DNA from: a virus
IMG/VR virus record: IMGVR_UViG_3300048837_000984
Span: 129,695 to 193,694 of that record
Length of the DNA stretch: 64,000 bases
Reading direction: 5' to 3' (one strand)
Of this stretch, positions 28,041 to 36,246 are shown one piece after another; within the stretch, counting starts at the first letter, position 1; every line of letters begins with the position of its first letter. Under the pieces are notes generated by a model. It was not told the origin of the DNA. It searched no databases and saw nothing but the letters and a program-made list of their open reading frames with translations. The position numbers and the translations under genes are program-made.

Positions 28041-28392
28041 TTCCTTCCTCCAGTTCTGAAGACTTCTTGGCTACTCGTAACATCCACAGCTCAGGACCCT
28101 TCTTGAGAAGGTTGAGCCACGCCGCGGGTGTAGGCACAAACCCGCAGTCTTCTTCAATATGCTGTTCCGCGATCATCTTTACCGGGATGCGCTTCCCGTC
28201 GCTGTTGGTGATTGTGTGGCCGAACCGTTCTACAGCCCATTGGACACCCGCGGAGTGGTGCCTTAGAGCTCTGTGCGTCCAGTCGCCTGTGTACTGCTTG
28301 GTCTCATCGAACCAGTCATGTATCCGGACATAGTCGTCCGGATGCCCGCCGAACCTCTTTGCGCTCGACACCGCGTGGTACCATGGTGTCAC
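28030..28392 (-). CDS. DUF6915-like protein
   Basis: GTG start after GGAGG; PWYHAVSSAKRFGG...IHDWFDETK...HRALRHHSAG...IAEQHIEEDCG. Confidence 0.8.
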   Translation of the reverse strand: MTPWYHAVSSAKRFGGHPDDYVRIHDWFDETKQYTGDWTHRALRHHSAGVQWAVERFGHTITNSDGKRIPVKMIAEQHIEEDCGFVPTPAAWLNLLKKGPELWMLRVAKKSSELEEGNGP

Positions 28393-28415
28393 GGACTCGG
28401 TTCCTCCAAATGGTC

Positions 28416-28462
28416 GAACCCGCAACGGGACGGACGTGATTTGTCTGTTCCGTTGCGGGTTC
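28416..28462. repeat. 20-bp intergenic hairpin
   Basis: GAACCCGCAACGG-GACGGAC-GTGATTT-GTCTGTT-CCGTTGCGGGTTC. Confidence 0.85.
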
Positions 28463-28480
28463 TAGGGTTTGGCAAAGTAA

Positions 28481-29218
28481 CTAATTCTGCAGTGACGACC
28501 AGGCTTCTTCTAGAAGTCCTTCCGGGTAGGTGTTTACCAACCCGAACCTTGGGTCGCGGACCTGGTTAATACGGATGTCCCGTTGGCGACACATTCGACT
28601 AGCCCGGATTCCCAGTCGCTTGGCGTCGTTCAGTGATACCTCGTAACCGTTGACCTTCAGGAAGGCCAGGGCCGAGTAGTAGCCGAAGTTGCTTGTCTGG
28701 GTGTCCATAGCAGCCTGAGCCAGGTGCTCGACATCGTCGATCTTCTCTTCCAGTGAAGCCTGCTTGTCGGCCAGCTCCAGGATTGCTACCTCCTGGTCGT
28801 AGATCCTCTGGACCAGTTGCATCAGCGCCATCGTCTTGCTCATGCGCGACTCACCGCTCGCTGGCGCTGGGTATCGCCCGTGGCGCATGATGCTTGGGAT
28901 CACTTCCTTGGTGATCCACTTGCGGAACGGACGAGCCTGAGGCTTGTCGCTCCGGAGTAGAATTGTGTACAGTCCGGACTCGTTGATGAAGACTCTCGGC
29001 GGACCGCCAGCACCCTCATTCAGAGTGAGGGTGGTCTTTTCGTCGGCGTCCATCCGACTTGCGACCTGACTTGGATTGCCGATCTCCAGTACTGCACACA
29101 CATCCGCCAGACAGAACAGCGGCTCGTCCATCGTGCCTGCCGTGCGGATCTTCACTCCGCTGGTATTTATCGTCTCAGGGACGACTAACTCGAAACCCAG
29201 AGTCAAACTCGTACTCAC
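28481..29218 (-). CDS. BRO-N domain (antirepressor-like) DNA-binding protein
   Basis: PLFCLADVCAVLEI...FINESGLYTILLRSDKPQARPFRKWITKEVIPSI. Confidence 0.92.
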   Translation of the reverse strand: MSTSLTLGFELVVPETINTSGVKIRTAGTMDEPLFCLADVCAVLEIGNPSQVASRMDADEKTTLTLNEGAGGPPRVFINESGLYTILLRSDKPQARPFRKWITKEVIPSIMRHGRYPAPASGESRMSKTMALMQLVQRIYDQEVAILELADKQASLEEKIDDVEHLAQAAMDTQTSNFGYYSALAFLKVNGYEVSLNDAKRLGIRASRMCRQRDIRINQVRDPRFGLVNTYPEGLLEEAWSSLQN

Positions 29219-29272
29219 GATAACTTCTCCGTTAAGGATGTAAAAACCACAGTTGTTTGGCTGTCTCAGGTC

Positions 29273-29839
29273 TCAGACAAGATCTTCTACCTTTCTTGGT
29301 AAGACGTCTCGGAACAATTTGGCTGGCTGCGGGTCGAAATACGGAGTCGGCAGCAACTTGGCGAAGAAGTCTATGGACTCTGAAATGGTTTTGAACTTGC
29401 CTTCTAGGAACGGCTGGTGACCAGCCGTCTCGAAACTGGTATTGAACATCAGAGGAAGAATAGCCATTCGCCATGTATCTCTGAAGTTACCCGAGTCTTT
29501 ACGCGAAAATCCGTCGCAGTAACGACAGTAGAGGCAATAATTTCTGTAATCAGGGTTTCTGCAATACCAGAAGAACTGACTGTTAATGAAACTGCGTTGC
29601 GGCCAGTGATTCCATCGATACAGCCACCGCAAAGTATTCGATGTCTTCAGGTCACCCTGGTCTTCCAGGTAGTCTGAAATCACCAGGATCAGTCTCCAGT
29701 CTGGTTCCTTTCCATCTCGCTGCTCACACCAGGTGAGCGCTGGTACGTCTTCGAGTGAAAGCACAGCACGAAGCTCCAAAAAGAAAGCCACCCCAATTGA
29801 GGTGGCTTTCACTGTTTCAGATTCTGTCAAATCTCGCAA
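29273..29839 (-). CDS. Hypothetical protein with TIGR02996-like motif
   Basis: PDWRLILVISDYLEDQGD...LRW resembles PDDDxxRLVYADWLEExGD. Confidence 0.5.
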   Translation of the reverse strand: MRDLTESETVKATSIGVAFFLELRAVLSLEDVPALTWCEQRDGKEPDWRLILVISDYLEDQGDLKTSNTLRWLYRWNHWPQRSFINSQFFWYCRNPDYRNYCLYCRYCDGFSRKDSGNFRDTWRMAILPLMFNTSFETAGHQPFLEGKFKTISESIDFFAKLLPTPYFDPQPAKLFRDVLPRKVEDLV

Positions 29840-32800
29840 CCGTTAGCCGTACAGGCGTATGTCTGCGAGCTTACTGTCTGATCCTCCTTTTCGTAGTACC
29901 GGAGCTTGCTCCAGTCGATCTTCGGAAACGAAGCCTCGAGCCTGTTGTACTCCTCCTCAGTGATAGCCTCGTACGGCGGGAAGAACTCGCTGTACACACC
30001 ATTATCCTTCGGCAGGAACGAAATACCGCTGATACTGTCGAAGTTCTCGTAAACCCAGTTCCCAGATTCCATCCACTCATGGTCGTCGATGTAGACCGTG
30101 CAGGACACCGAGTGTTCGGCCCAGAACTTCTTCCAGGACATCCAGTTATTGAGCATGTCCAGGGCGGAGAAGTCGTCGACTACCGGTGCGCCCTCTGGCG
30201 ACTTGATCGGGAAGTCGAAGACGTTGAGGCTGGAATCGAGCGGATCCAGCCGGTGCGGAACGCCCGCGTCTACCAGCAGCCTGCTTACTGGACTAGCGGC
30301 ACTCTCTCGCACCCGACGGACATAGAACTTCGAGTAGCGCGCGTGAACACCACTGGAGCAGCCGAACAGCTGACTGGAATCACCCGACGGCTTCACACAG
30401 GTCAGCGCAGCTGGGTAGTTGATACCAAACCGTTTGGCGTAGGTGTCTGCGGTGGCCTCGACGACCTTGAACAGCCGCTGGAGAAGCTTGTCCTTGTCGG
30501 GAGCTCCGGGACGCAGCAGAGGACAGTCGACCTGGCCAGTGATATCGACACCCAGAAGACGTTCCTCCTCAGCGTTCTTCTTCCATTCTGGTCGGATGTA
30601 CCTGTAGTTGGTCAGAGTCGACTGCATCATGCCGAACAGCGTTGCCAGCTTGACCTTGTGTTCCAGCGTATCGACCGTATCATCTGGCCTTGCGATGGCG
30701 ATGGAAAGGTTGCAGAACGAGTGTGGCCGCAAAATTATCTCGGAACACTGCCCGGAAACTACGCCGTTAGCCAGCACCGTGTGCGTCTCTGGCTGGTTGA
30801 GACAGAAGACGTCGGAGACGCCGGCTGGTTCGACCGATGTTACCGTTGTTATGAACCTTTCCGGCTTCCGGCACTCGTGCCCCCTTTCTTGTAGAGTGTC
30901 TTCCAGTCTCTTAGCTTTACGACCGAACCAGGCGATTCGCTCTTGGAAACGGAGTGCGTTTGGTCGAGACAGGATCAGCTCGTAGTTGTCTACTTGCTGA
31001 TAGACCTTAGTTCCTCCGCGGCCATCAGGCATGGGTGCGCTTCCAGCCGGTCTTCGCAGGTAAAGCCTGGAAACGACGCCGAAGTTGCTGAGTAGGGCCT
31101 GAACATCCTCCAGCAGTGCCCGGTTACTCTGGTTGAGACGGAGCGAGACTGTTCTCGCCGCGCCCTTACCTGCCGCGTTGACTGTTCCGTCTGTATAGAA
31201 CAGTCCGGCCAGGTATCCCTGAACACACTCACGCGACCCTCGCCAGACGCACTCAGGAACCCGAGACTTGACGTCGACAACGTTCTCGATACCGGCGACG
31301 GCGTTTAGCCACCGAGCCAGTCGAACGCCACCAGTCCTAACCTTGTCGACGGTCGCGATCTGGTTCGTCCACACGACTTCGCCATAGTCACGACCACTGG
31401 TCGAAGAAACCGCACCGACCAGGTTGTTGACGTAACCGCCGATCCTTTCTGCGTCGACGAGGTTATCGCCCCACAGGTCAACGAACGCGGCGTACTGTCC
31501 GTGCGTCTTTACCTTGCATACGGTACCGTCTCCGGTCAGAAGCCCGAGAACAACCCCAGCGCCGTAATCGCCGAACGATCCCCACTTCCCTTCGTCGGAC
31601 TGGAGAAGGAGCGTATCGCCGGGTTCCAACTCAGACAGCTTCTTGCGTCCGTTTGTGGTTGGGAACTTGTGGTCAGCCGTACAGACAACGCGATGGCCGT
31701 GCGCCGTTCGCAGCTCGAAAACCGGCGCAGATCGCTGCGTCATCTCGACCTGGGTTGCTGCTCTGACCTGGGTGCCATAGGCCTTCGAGTCGAGAACATC
31801 ACCGTTCCCGGCGCGGGTGTCTGTGACGACGTCGACTGGGCTGCCAGACAGGAACAGGTCTCCGATGCGTAGCAGACCTTCGGTCGTACTCAGCCGCGTG
31901 TCAGGGTGGAAGCACGGATTAGTCCCGAAGACATAATTTTTATTTCTTCGGGCCGGCATGCACTTGAGGACGGCCTCCCGGTTGAAGATGCCACGCTCGC
32001 CAGAGTTGCTCTTGGCTAGAGACAACCACTCTTCCATGAAGTCGATCGACGGGGGTTTCTCCGTATACACAGCCGAGTTGTTGGCCATGTTCCGCCACTT
32101 GGCTCGGTTGTACCAGTCGCCAGACTTAGCTTCGCGCATCTCTTCGTCGTCGAGATCCGACAGGCTGATGGTGCTTGCCCGCCGCACACCACCTACCTGA
32201 ACGATCTTGGCAATCATGCAGGCAATATCGTGGCAGTCGATCGGACCCAGACGCTTACCGGCCTTGTTGCGCACAGTGTCGCGAACGAAGTTGAGCAGCG
32301 TTCGCAACGGCTCAGGACCGGAAGAACGCCCTCCCTTAGTTTTCAGCCTGGCTCCAGCAGGCCGAATGAGACTGTAGTCGTAGGTCACATCGTGCCCGTC
32401 GAACCAGCGCTCCATGCCGACACGAAGTGCCTCACACCAGCCTTCTGTGTCATCGCTGATAACGATCTTCTCTGCCGTTGCCTTCTTGGGCTTCTTGACC
32501 CGATGAAGGCGGTTGACGTAGTCACTTTCCACAGAGAAACCGAACCCAGAGCCCTGCATGAGGATGTAGAGCATCTCAGCGAATGACTTGATGTCAGCGA
32601 GAGGGCTATAGGAGCAGTTGCCAGTAACGATGCCATCAGCGAGAACGAAAGAGCGGTCTTCTTCGACTTCCAGACACCACACGTCTTCCGTTCGCTCGCC
32701 TTCGATTTCCCGAACAGAGTAATTCGAGCTTGGCGCATTTCCGAAAGCCTGGAGCAACCCAAAGCAAACCGTCTTGTCGCCTCTCTCGCCCAGATTTGTG

Positions 32801-34134
32801 GTACCTGTGATTTCCCGGACGTTGGTGATATATACACCGACAGCTGGAAAAGTTTCCTGCACGAAATCGATCACTTCCTGTCCCGTCACCTGAATGCCAG
32901 AAAAATCGTTCGGGCTTGAGGTAAGTCGGTTGGTATTTTTGTTACCATCCGCGTCCAAAAACCCACGAACGAAGGCGCGAACCAGTCGTACCCCCTCGAC
33001 AGCTAACGACGGCAACTTTTTCAGGTAAGTTCCGGTGTAGACGATTGGCTCGCCAGAACACGACGGCGGATGACTGTGGTTGAAACCGAGTTCGGTGAAT
33101 CTTTCGAGGTACTTGGCCTTATCTCCACACAGCCTGACCATCGAGCTTCTGACCTCACCGCCTTTTTTAACCAGCGTACCGTCACCATACGTGAATCCGT
33201 ATGCCCAGTACAGCTTCTCGTCGGGTGGGGCAGCATCATACGACCAGGCTGCAAAGGGTGCTGGTGGCGTAATTAACCGGTCTCTCGTGCCGAGGTTTGT
33301 CGTTTCCGTACCGTCGCACTTAAGCCATCGGTGGTTAGCTGTAGCCCACACAGTCCTTCGTGTTTTAGACCGGCCGAAGGTAATCTTCCGTAGCGTGTCG
33401 GTCCCGTAGTTACGGACTACAGCCTCTCGCCAGTTACCGGTGTGAGACAGAACCGTAACTTTGTCCCCGTCTTGAAAATCGGCGAACGTACGGACGCCTC
33501 TGTCTGTAATAAAAGCCGTCTCGCGGCTCAGACAGTTGAAAGCCGCAACGTGACATCTGTTCAGCGCCGGTCCTGCCATCTGCAGGACACGCAACGCCGG
33601 TGAGACTCGCAGGGCGTAGAACTCGTCCTGAAGCTCGTTCCACTCCCGCTCTTCCAGCTTGATGTGCTTGACAGACTTGAAGAAACGCATGACCCGGTCG
33701 ACAGACTCTTTCCAGGTCTCTCTCCGGCCAAGCTCGTCGCTCCACCGGGCAAACTTGGAGACCAGCTGGTAACGCTGGATTGGTGACTCGAAGACCTTGT
33801 CATCGTCAGCGAAGAGAATCCTTTCCTCTGGTGACACAGCACTGGCTTCCCGCATCAGGCGACGTTCTTCTCGATACAGCGTGTAGTGTTCGGCTGCTGC
33901 GTAGGAAGAGGCTGCCCACAGCTGCTGAATGACCAGTTGCTGAATCTCTTCGATAGAGACGCGCGCAGTCTTTCTTTTCTTGAGGATCGCTTCGACCCTC
34001 TCGGCAATATCCCGACTTCCAGACTGAACATCGGTTTCGCTTGCGTTCACCTGCGTGAGGCAACGTTCAACCGCATGGACGATCTTGGCGGAATCGAAAG
34101 CTTCCACCCGACCGTCCCTCTTGAGAACTTCCAT
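29827..34134 (-). CDS. nrdJ: Class II (B12-dependent) ribonucleotide reductase with ATP cone and two inteins
   Basis: ATP cone VLKRDGRVEAFD; AFN/CSY; GGVRRASTI; TNP/CSEI; CNLS; TCVKPSG; C-terminal CTANGCEI. Confidence 0.94.
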   Translation of the reverse strand: MEVLKRDGRVEAFDSAKIVHAVERCLTQVNASETDVQSGSRDIAERVEAILKKRKTARVSIEEIQQLVIQQLWAASSYAAAEHYTLYREERRLMREASAVSPEERILFADDDKVFESPIQRYQLVSKFARWSDELGRRETWKESVDRVMRFFKSVKHIKLEEREWNELQDEFYALRVSPALRVLQMAGPALNRCHVAAFNCLSRETAFITDRGVRTFADFQDGDKVTVLSHTGNWREAVVRNYGTDTLRKITFGRSKTRRTVWATANHRWLKCDGTETTNLGTRDRLITPPAPFAAWSYDAAPPDEKLYWAYGFTYGDGTLVKKGGEVRSSMVRLCGDKAKYLERFTELGFNHSHPPSCSGEPIVYTGTYLKKLPSLAVEGVRLVRAFVRGFLDADGNKNTNRLTSSPNDFSGIQVTGQEVIDFVQETFPAVGVYITNVREITGTTNLGERGDKTVCFGLLQAFGNAPSSNYSVREIEGERTEDVWCLEVEEDRSFVLADGIVTGNCSYSPLADIKSFAEMLYILMQGSGFGFSVESDYVNRLHRVKKPKKATAEKIVISDDTEGWCEALRVGMERWFDGHDVTYDYSLIRPAGARLKTKGGRSSGPEPLRTLLNFVRDTVRNKAGKRLGPIDCHDIACMIAKIVQVGGVRRASTISLSDLDDEEMREAKSGDWYNRAKWRNMANNSAVYTEKPPSIDFMEEWLSLAKSNSGERGIFNREAVLKCMPARRNKNYVFGTNPCFHPDTRLSTTEGLLRIGDLFLSGSPVDVVTDTRAGNGDVLDSKAYGTQVRAATQVEMTQRSAPVFELRTAHGHRVVCTADHKFPTTNGRKKLSELEPGDTLLLQSDEGKWGSFGDYGAGVVLGLLTGDGTVCKVKTHGQYAAFVDLWGDNLVDAERIGGYVNNLVGAVSSTSGRDYGEVVWTNQIATVDKVRTGGVRLARWLNAVAGIENVVDVKSRVPECVWRGSRECVQGYLAGLFYTDGTVNAAGKGAARTVSLRLNQSNRALLEDVQALLSNFGVVSRLYLRRPAGSAPMPDGRGGTKVYQQVDNYELILSRPNALRFQERIAWFGRKAKRLEDTLQERGHECRKPERFITTVTSVEPAGVSDVFCLNQPETHTVLANGVVSGQCSEIILRPHSFCNLSIAIARPDDTVDTLEHKVKLATLFGMMQSTLTNYRYIRPEWKKNAEEERLLGVDITGQVDCPLLRPGAPDKDKLLQRLFKVVEATADTYAKRFGINYPAALTCVKPSGDSSQLFGCSSGVHARYSKFYVRRVRESAASPVSRLLVDAGVPHRLDPLDSSLNVFDFPIKSPEGAPVVDDFSALDMLNNWMSWKKFWAEHSVSCTVYIDDHEWMESGNWVYENFDSISGISFLPKDNGVYSEFFPPYEAITEEEYNRLEASFPKIDWSKLRYYEKEDQTVSSQTYACTANGCEI
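30748..31914 (-). mobile_element. RNR intein 2 (389 aa, Cys1...SGQ, +1 Cys) with LAGLIDADG endonuclease
   Basis: CFHPDTRLST...ANGVVSGQ; VLGLLTGDG and YLAGLFYTDG motifs; removal restores TNP/CSEI. Confidence 0.92.
32617..33534 (-). mobile_element. RNR intein 1 (306 aa, Cys1...TGN, +1 Cys) with LAGLIDADG endonuclease
   Basis: CLSRETAFIT...ADGIVTGN; WAYGFTYGDG and FVRGFLDADG motifs. Confidence 0.92.
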
Positions 34135-34188
34135 CAGAAACTCCGTAATGGCTATGTATCCGAGCAGAGTCGGATATTACTTAAAGCT

Positions 34189-34644
34189 CTAACTCTTAAC
34201 AAGCTGGTCGGCGGTACACCTTTCTTTGCAGACCATCTCGTAACCGTCCAGATCTCCGAAGTGTCTCCGGCTCACGCCCACAGCCCTGAAGCCGTAGTTA
34301 CGCAAGAAGAGCTGGAAATCTAGAAAGTCTTCCGGCACTACACAGCGGACTGGTTTCACCTTCCGGCGAGAGCATGAAGGGAAAAGCCGACTGATGAGGC
34401 GGCTACCGACTCCCTGGTTGCGATGTTTTTCATCGACGGCAATGTAGGTCAGGCGAATGTCATCCTCATCAACGTCCCAGAAAGCGAACCCGATGAGTTC
34501 ACCTTCGTCGTTGTCGTAAGCGACGCCAACAGTGTTTAGCTGCTTCATCCAGGTCAGGATCTCAGAGGCTTCCAGCCCCGTTTCCGTCTGTTGAGATATC
34601 TTGACGATGGAGTGTAGATCTCTGGAAGTTATCCACCGGATCAT
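34189..34644 (-). CDS. GNAT (RimI-like) acetyltransferase
   Basis: Start MIRW after GGAGG; IAVDEKHRNQGVGSRL acetyl-CoA motif; QLFLRNYGF. Confidence 0.88.
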   Translation of the reverse strand: MIRWITSRDLHSIVKISQQTETGLEASEILTWMKQLNTVGVAYDNDEGELIGFAFWDVDEDDIRLTYIAVDEKHRNQGVGSRLISRLFPSCSRRKVKPVRCVVPEDFLDFQLFLRNYGFRAVGVSRRHFGDLDGYEMVCKERCTADQLVKS

Positions 34645-35281
34645 TTTCTTGCCCTCCATGATTGAAGTCGTAAACACTGTAGCCAGGTGGGACACCGACT
34701 GAGCTCATAGCTTTGGCTGACTTAGCCGAGGCTTCCCGCATGGCTAACCTGCTGTTTCCAGCCAGGTAGTCTGCGAGAATGTTGAGCCCTGTCTTGCTGC
34801 GTCCCAGCCAGTGCCAATAGAACCTGTACCCACGATCGCAGAACGAGTCGATAGCTGCCCAGATCTCTCGGTTGGCCTTGCGGTTGTACTCTCCATTCCC
34901 TTGCTTGGCCGTTATCTCCGAGTCGGTAACGATGTGAATGGTAAGGACCTTGTTGTGATCTAACATCCTGAGGTCGTGAAGGCGTTTTTTGCCGGGACCG
35001 TTGGCGTACCAAAGCATGGCTTGCAGATAGGGAATGAGTTCAGCCAGGTTGTTTGTACCGTGACTGAACCCACCGTTGAAACACTTCCTGAGACTGGACT
35101 TACGCTCGTGGAGAATCGAAGACCAACCGCAAGGCTCACCCCAGGCTGTCCCAGACCCGTCACCAACGATCGCCACGTCCCATTGCGTTACCCCGAGCGA
35201 TTTGAGAACTTCGTCAAGAGCCACCTGCAGGAGGGGGTCCGCTTGCTTCTGTGGCTTTCTTGAGCTCTTCGTCCTTTTCAC
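34562..35281 (-). CDS. rnhA: Ribonuclease HI-like protein
   Basis: IVGDGS...TNNLAEL...IVTDSE...WHWL...NILADYLA (D-E-D-D catalytic set). Confidence 0.85.
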   Translation of the reverse strand: MKRTKSSRKPQKQADPLLQVALDEVLKSLGVTQWDVAIVGDGSGTAWGEPCGWSSILHERKSSLRKCFNGGFSHGTNNLAELIPYLQAMLWYANGPGKKRLHDLRMLDHNKVLTIHIVTDSEITAKQGNGEYNRKANREIWAAIDSFCDRGYRFYWHWLGRSKTGLNILADYLAGNSRLAMREASAKSAKAMSSVGVPPGYSVYDFNHGGQENDPVDNFQRSTLHRQDISTDGNGAGSL

Positions 35282-35573
35282 GGAGTTGCCTCCTCAGGTC
35301 TTCGAGCTGTTTCTGGAAAACTTGGCTGACAAATTTCCCGTTCACGAACGACACCAGCTTCTGAAGCTGCTCGGAAACGCTTCCGATGAGCTTAGGGTTC
35401 AGCGGGTCGTCACCTTCACGGGTGACAATCGTCCCGAACGGGAATTCAGCTTGCCCGACTTTCCAGGAAATTGCCACCGAGATTGCAGCTGGCTCCCCGT
35501 ATCGAGCCAGAATCGCTTGAGCGGCTTCCTGAATCTCGGAAATTACCAGCTCAGAAACCATCTTCGCGCTCAT
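35214..35573 (-). CDS. Hypothetical protein
   Basis: 119-aa ORF with a coiled-coil-like C-terminus. Confidence 0.65.
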   Translation of the reverse strand: MSAKMVSELVISEIQEAAQAILARYGEPAAISVAISWKVGQAEFPFGTIVTREGDDPLNPKLIGSVSEQLQKLVSFVNGKFVSQVFQKQLEDLRRQLREKDEELKKATEASGPPPAGGS

Positions 35574-35841
35574 CGTACAGGACCTCGAAAAGGTGAACTG
35601 CTGTCAACCAGGTCGCCAGACTGCAGACAAAAAAATTAAGTGGCCAGACCCAGTACAGCAAGTTCACCAGGAAAGAGAAATAAACACCGAGGCAGGCCGG
35701 ACAACTTATCGCATATTTCAGCAAGCCGTCGGGCCATGCCTCGACCCAGGCACGCCACGGTGCAAACAAACGCTCTCGAAACCATAGCCGCAAGAGGGCC
35801 AAGATCCCTAGAACAACGACTGTCAGATCAGTGACGTTCAT
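35551..35841 (-). CDS. DUF1360-like membrane protein
   Basis: Hydrophobic segments and AISCPACLGVY (the LxCPxCxxVW pattern). Confidence 0.65.
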   Translation of the reverse strand: MNVTDLTVVVLGILALLRLWFRERLFAPWRAWVEAWPDGLLKYAISCPACLGVYFSFLVNLLYWVWPLNFFVCSLATWLTAVHLFEVLYDEREDGF

Positions 35842-36034
35842 CCTGAGTAGACCGCTTTGCCAGAGCGTTACAGAACACCAGGCCGAAGAACCATGCTATC
35901 AGAATGGGTCCGATGAAAGTCATCGCTTTCCACCCCAGGAGAATGAATAACAGCGCCGCGATCTGCAGCAGACCGCTACTAACGCTGTAGAAGAATCCCT
36001 CGACCCGGTTGCTCGAATCGGACATAATAGGCAC
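35828..36034 (-). CDS. Small two-TM membrane protein
   Basis: Two hydrophobic stretches followed by a charged tail. Confidence 0.6.
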   Translation of the reverse strand: MPIMSDSSNRVEGFFYSVSSGLLQIAALLFILLGWKAMTFIGPILIAWFFGLVFCNALAKRSTQDERH

Positions 36035-36082
36035 CTTGAGAGTCTTTCTCAGTTATTCGAGTCGCCACTGTGTGGATGACTC

Positions 36083-36244
36083 TTACCGTGGGCCGTTCAG
36101 TAGAGACAGAACGGCCCGGAAAATATGGCACACCATTCCAGCGAGAGTCTGGATGACGAGCCACAACAACTCGATAACCGTACAAGCCAGGTCCTCGAGC
36201 CAATCTAGCCCGTTACCTGACTCCGGTTCTTCGAAGTTAGTCAA
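36083..36244 (-). CDS. Small hydrophobic protein (53 aa, not in the ORF track)
   Basis: AGGAG 7 nt before TTG; MTNFEEPESGNGLDWLEDLACTVIELLWLVIQTLAGMVCHIFRAVLSLLNGPR*. Confidence 0.5.
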   Translation of the reverse strand: MTNFEEPESGNGLDWLEDLACTVIELLWLVIQTLAGMVCHIFRAVLSLLNGPR

Positions 36245-36246
36245 GG

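Noticed and set aside
29755-30894. 379-aa plus-strand ORF
   Set aside because: It is the antisense shadow of the RNR C-terminus, as are many other plus-strand ORFs in the track.
31924-31952. Hairpin CCCGAAGA...TCTTCGGG around AATTTTT inside nrdJ
   Set aside because: It matches the ACTTAA box poorly and lies in conserved coding sequence, so it is likely coincidental.
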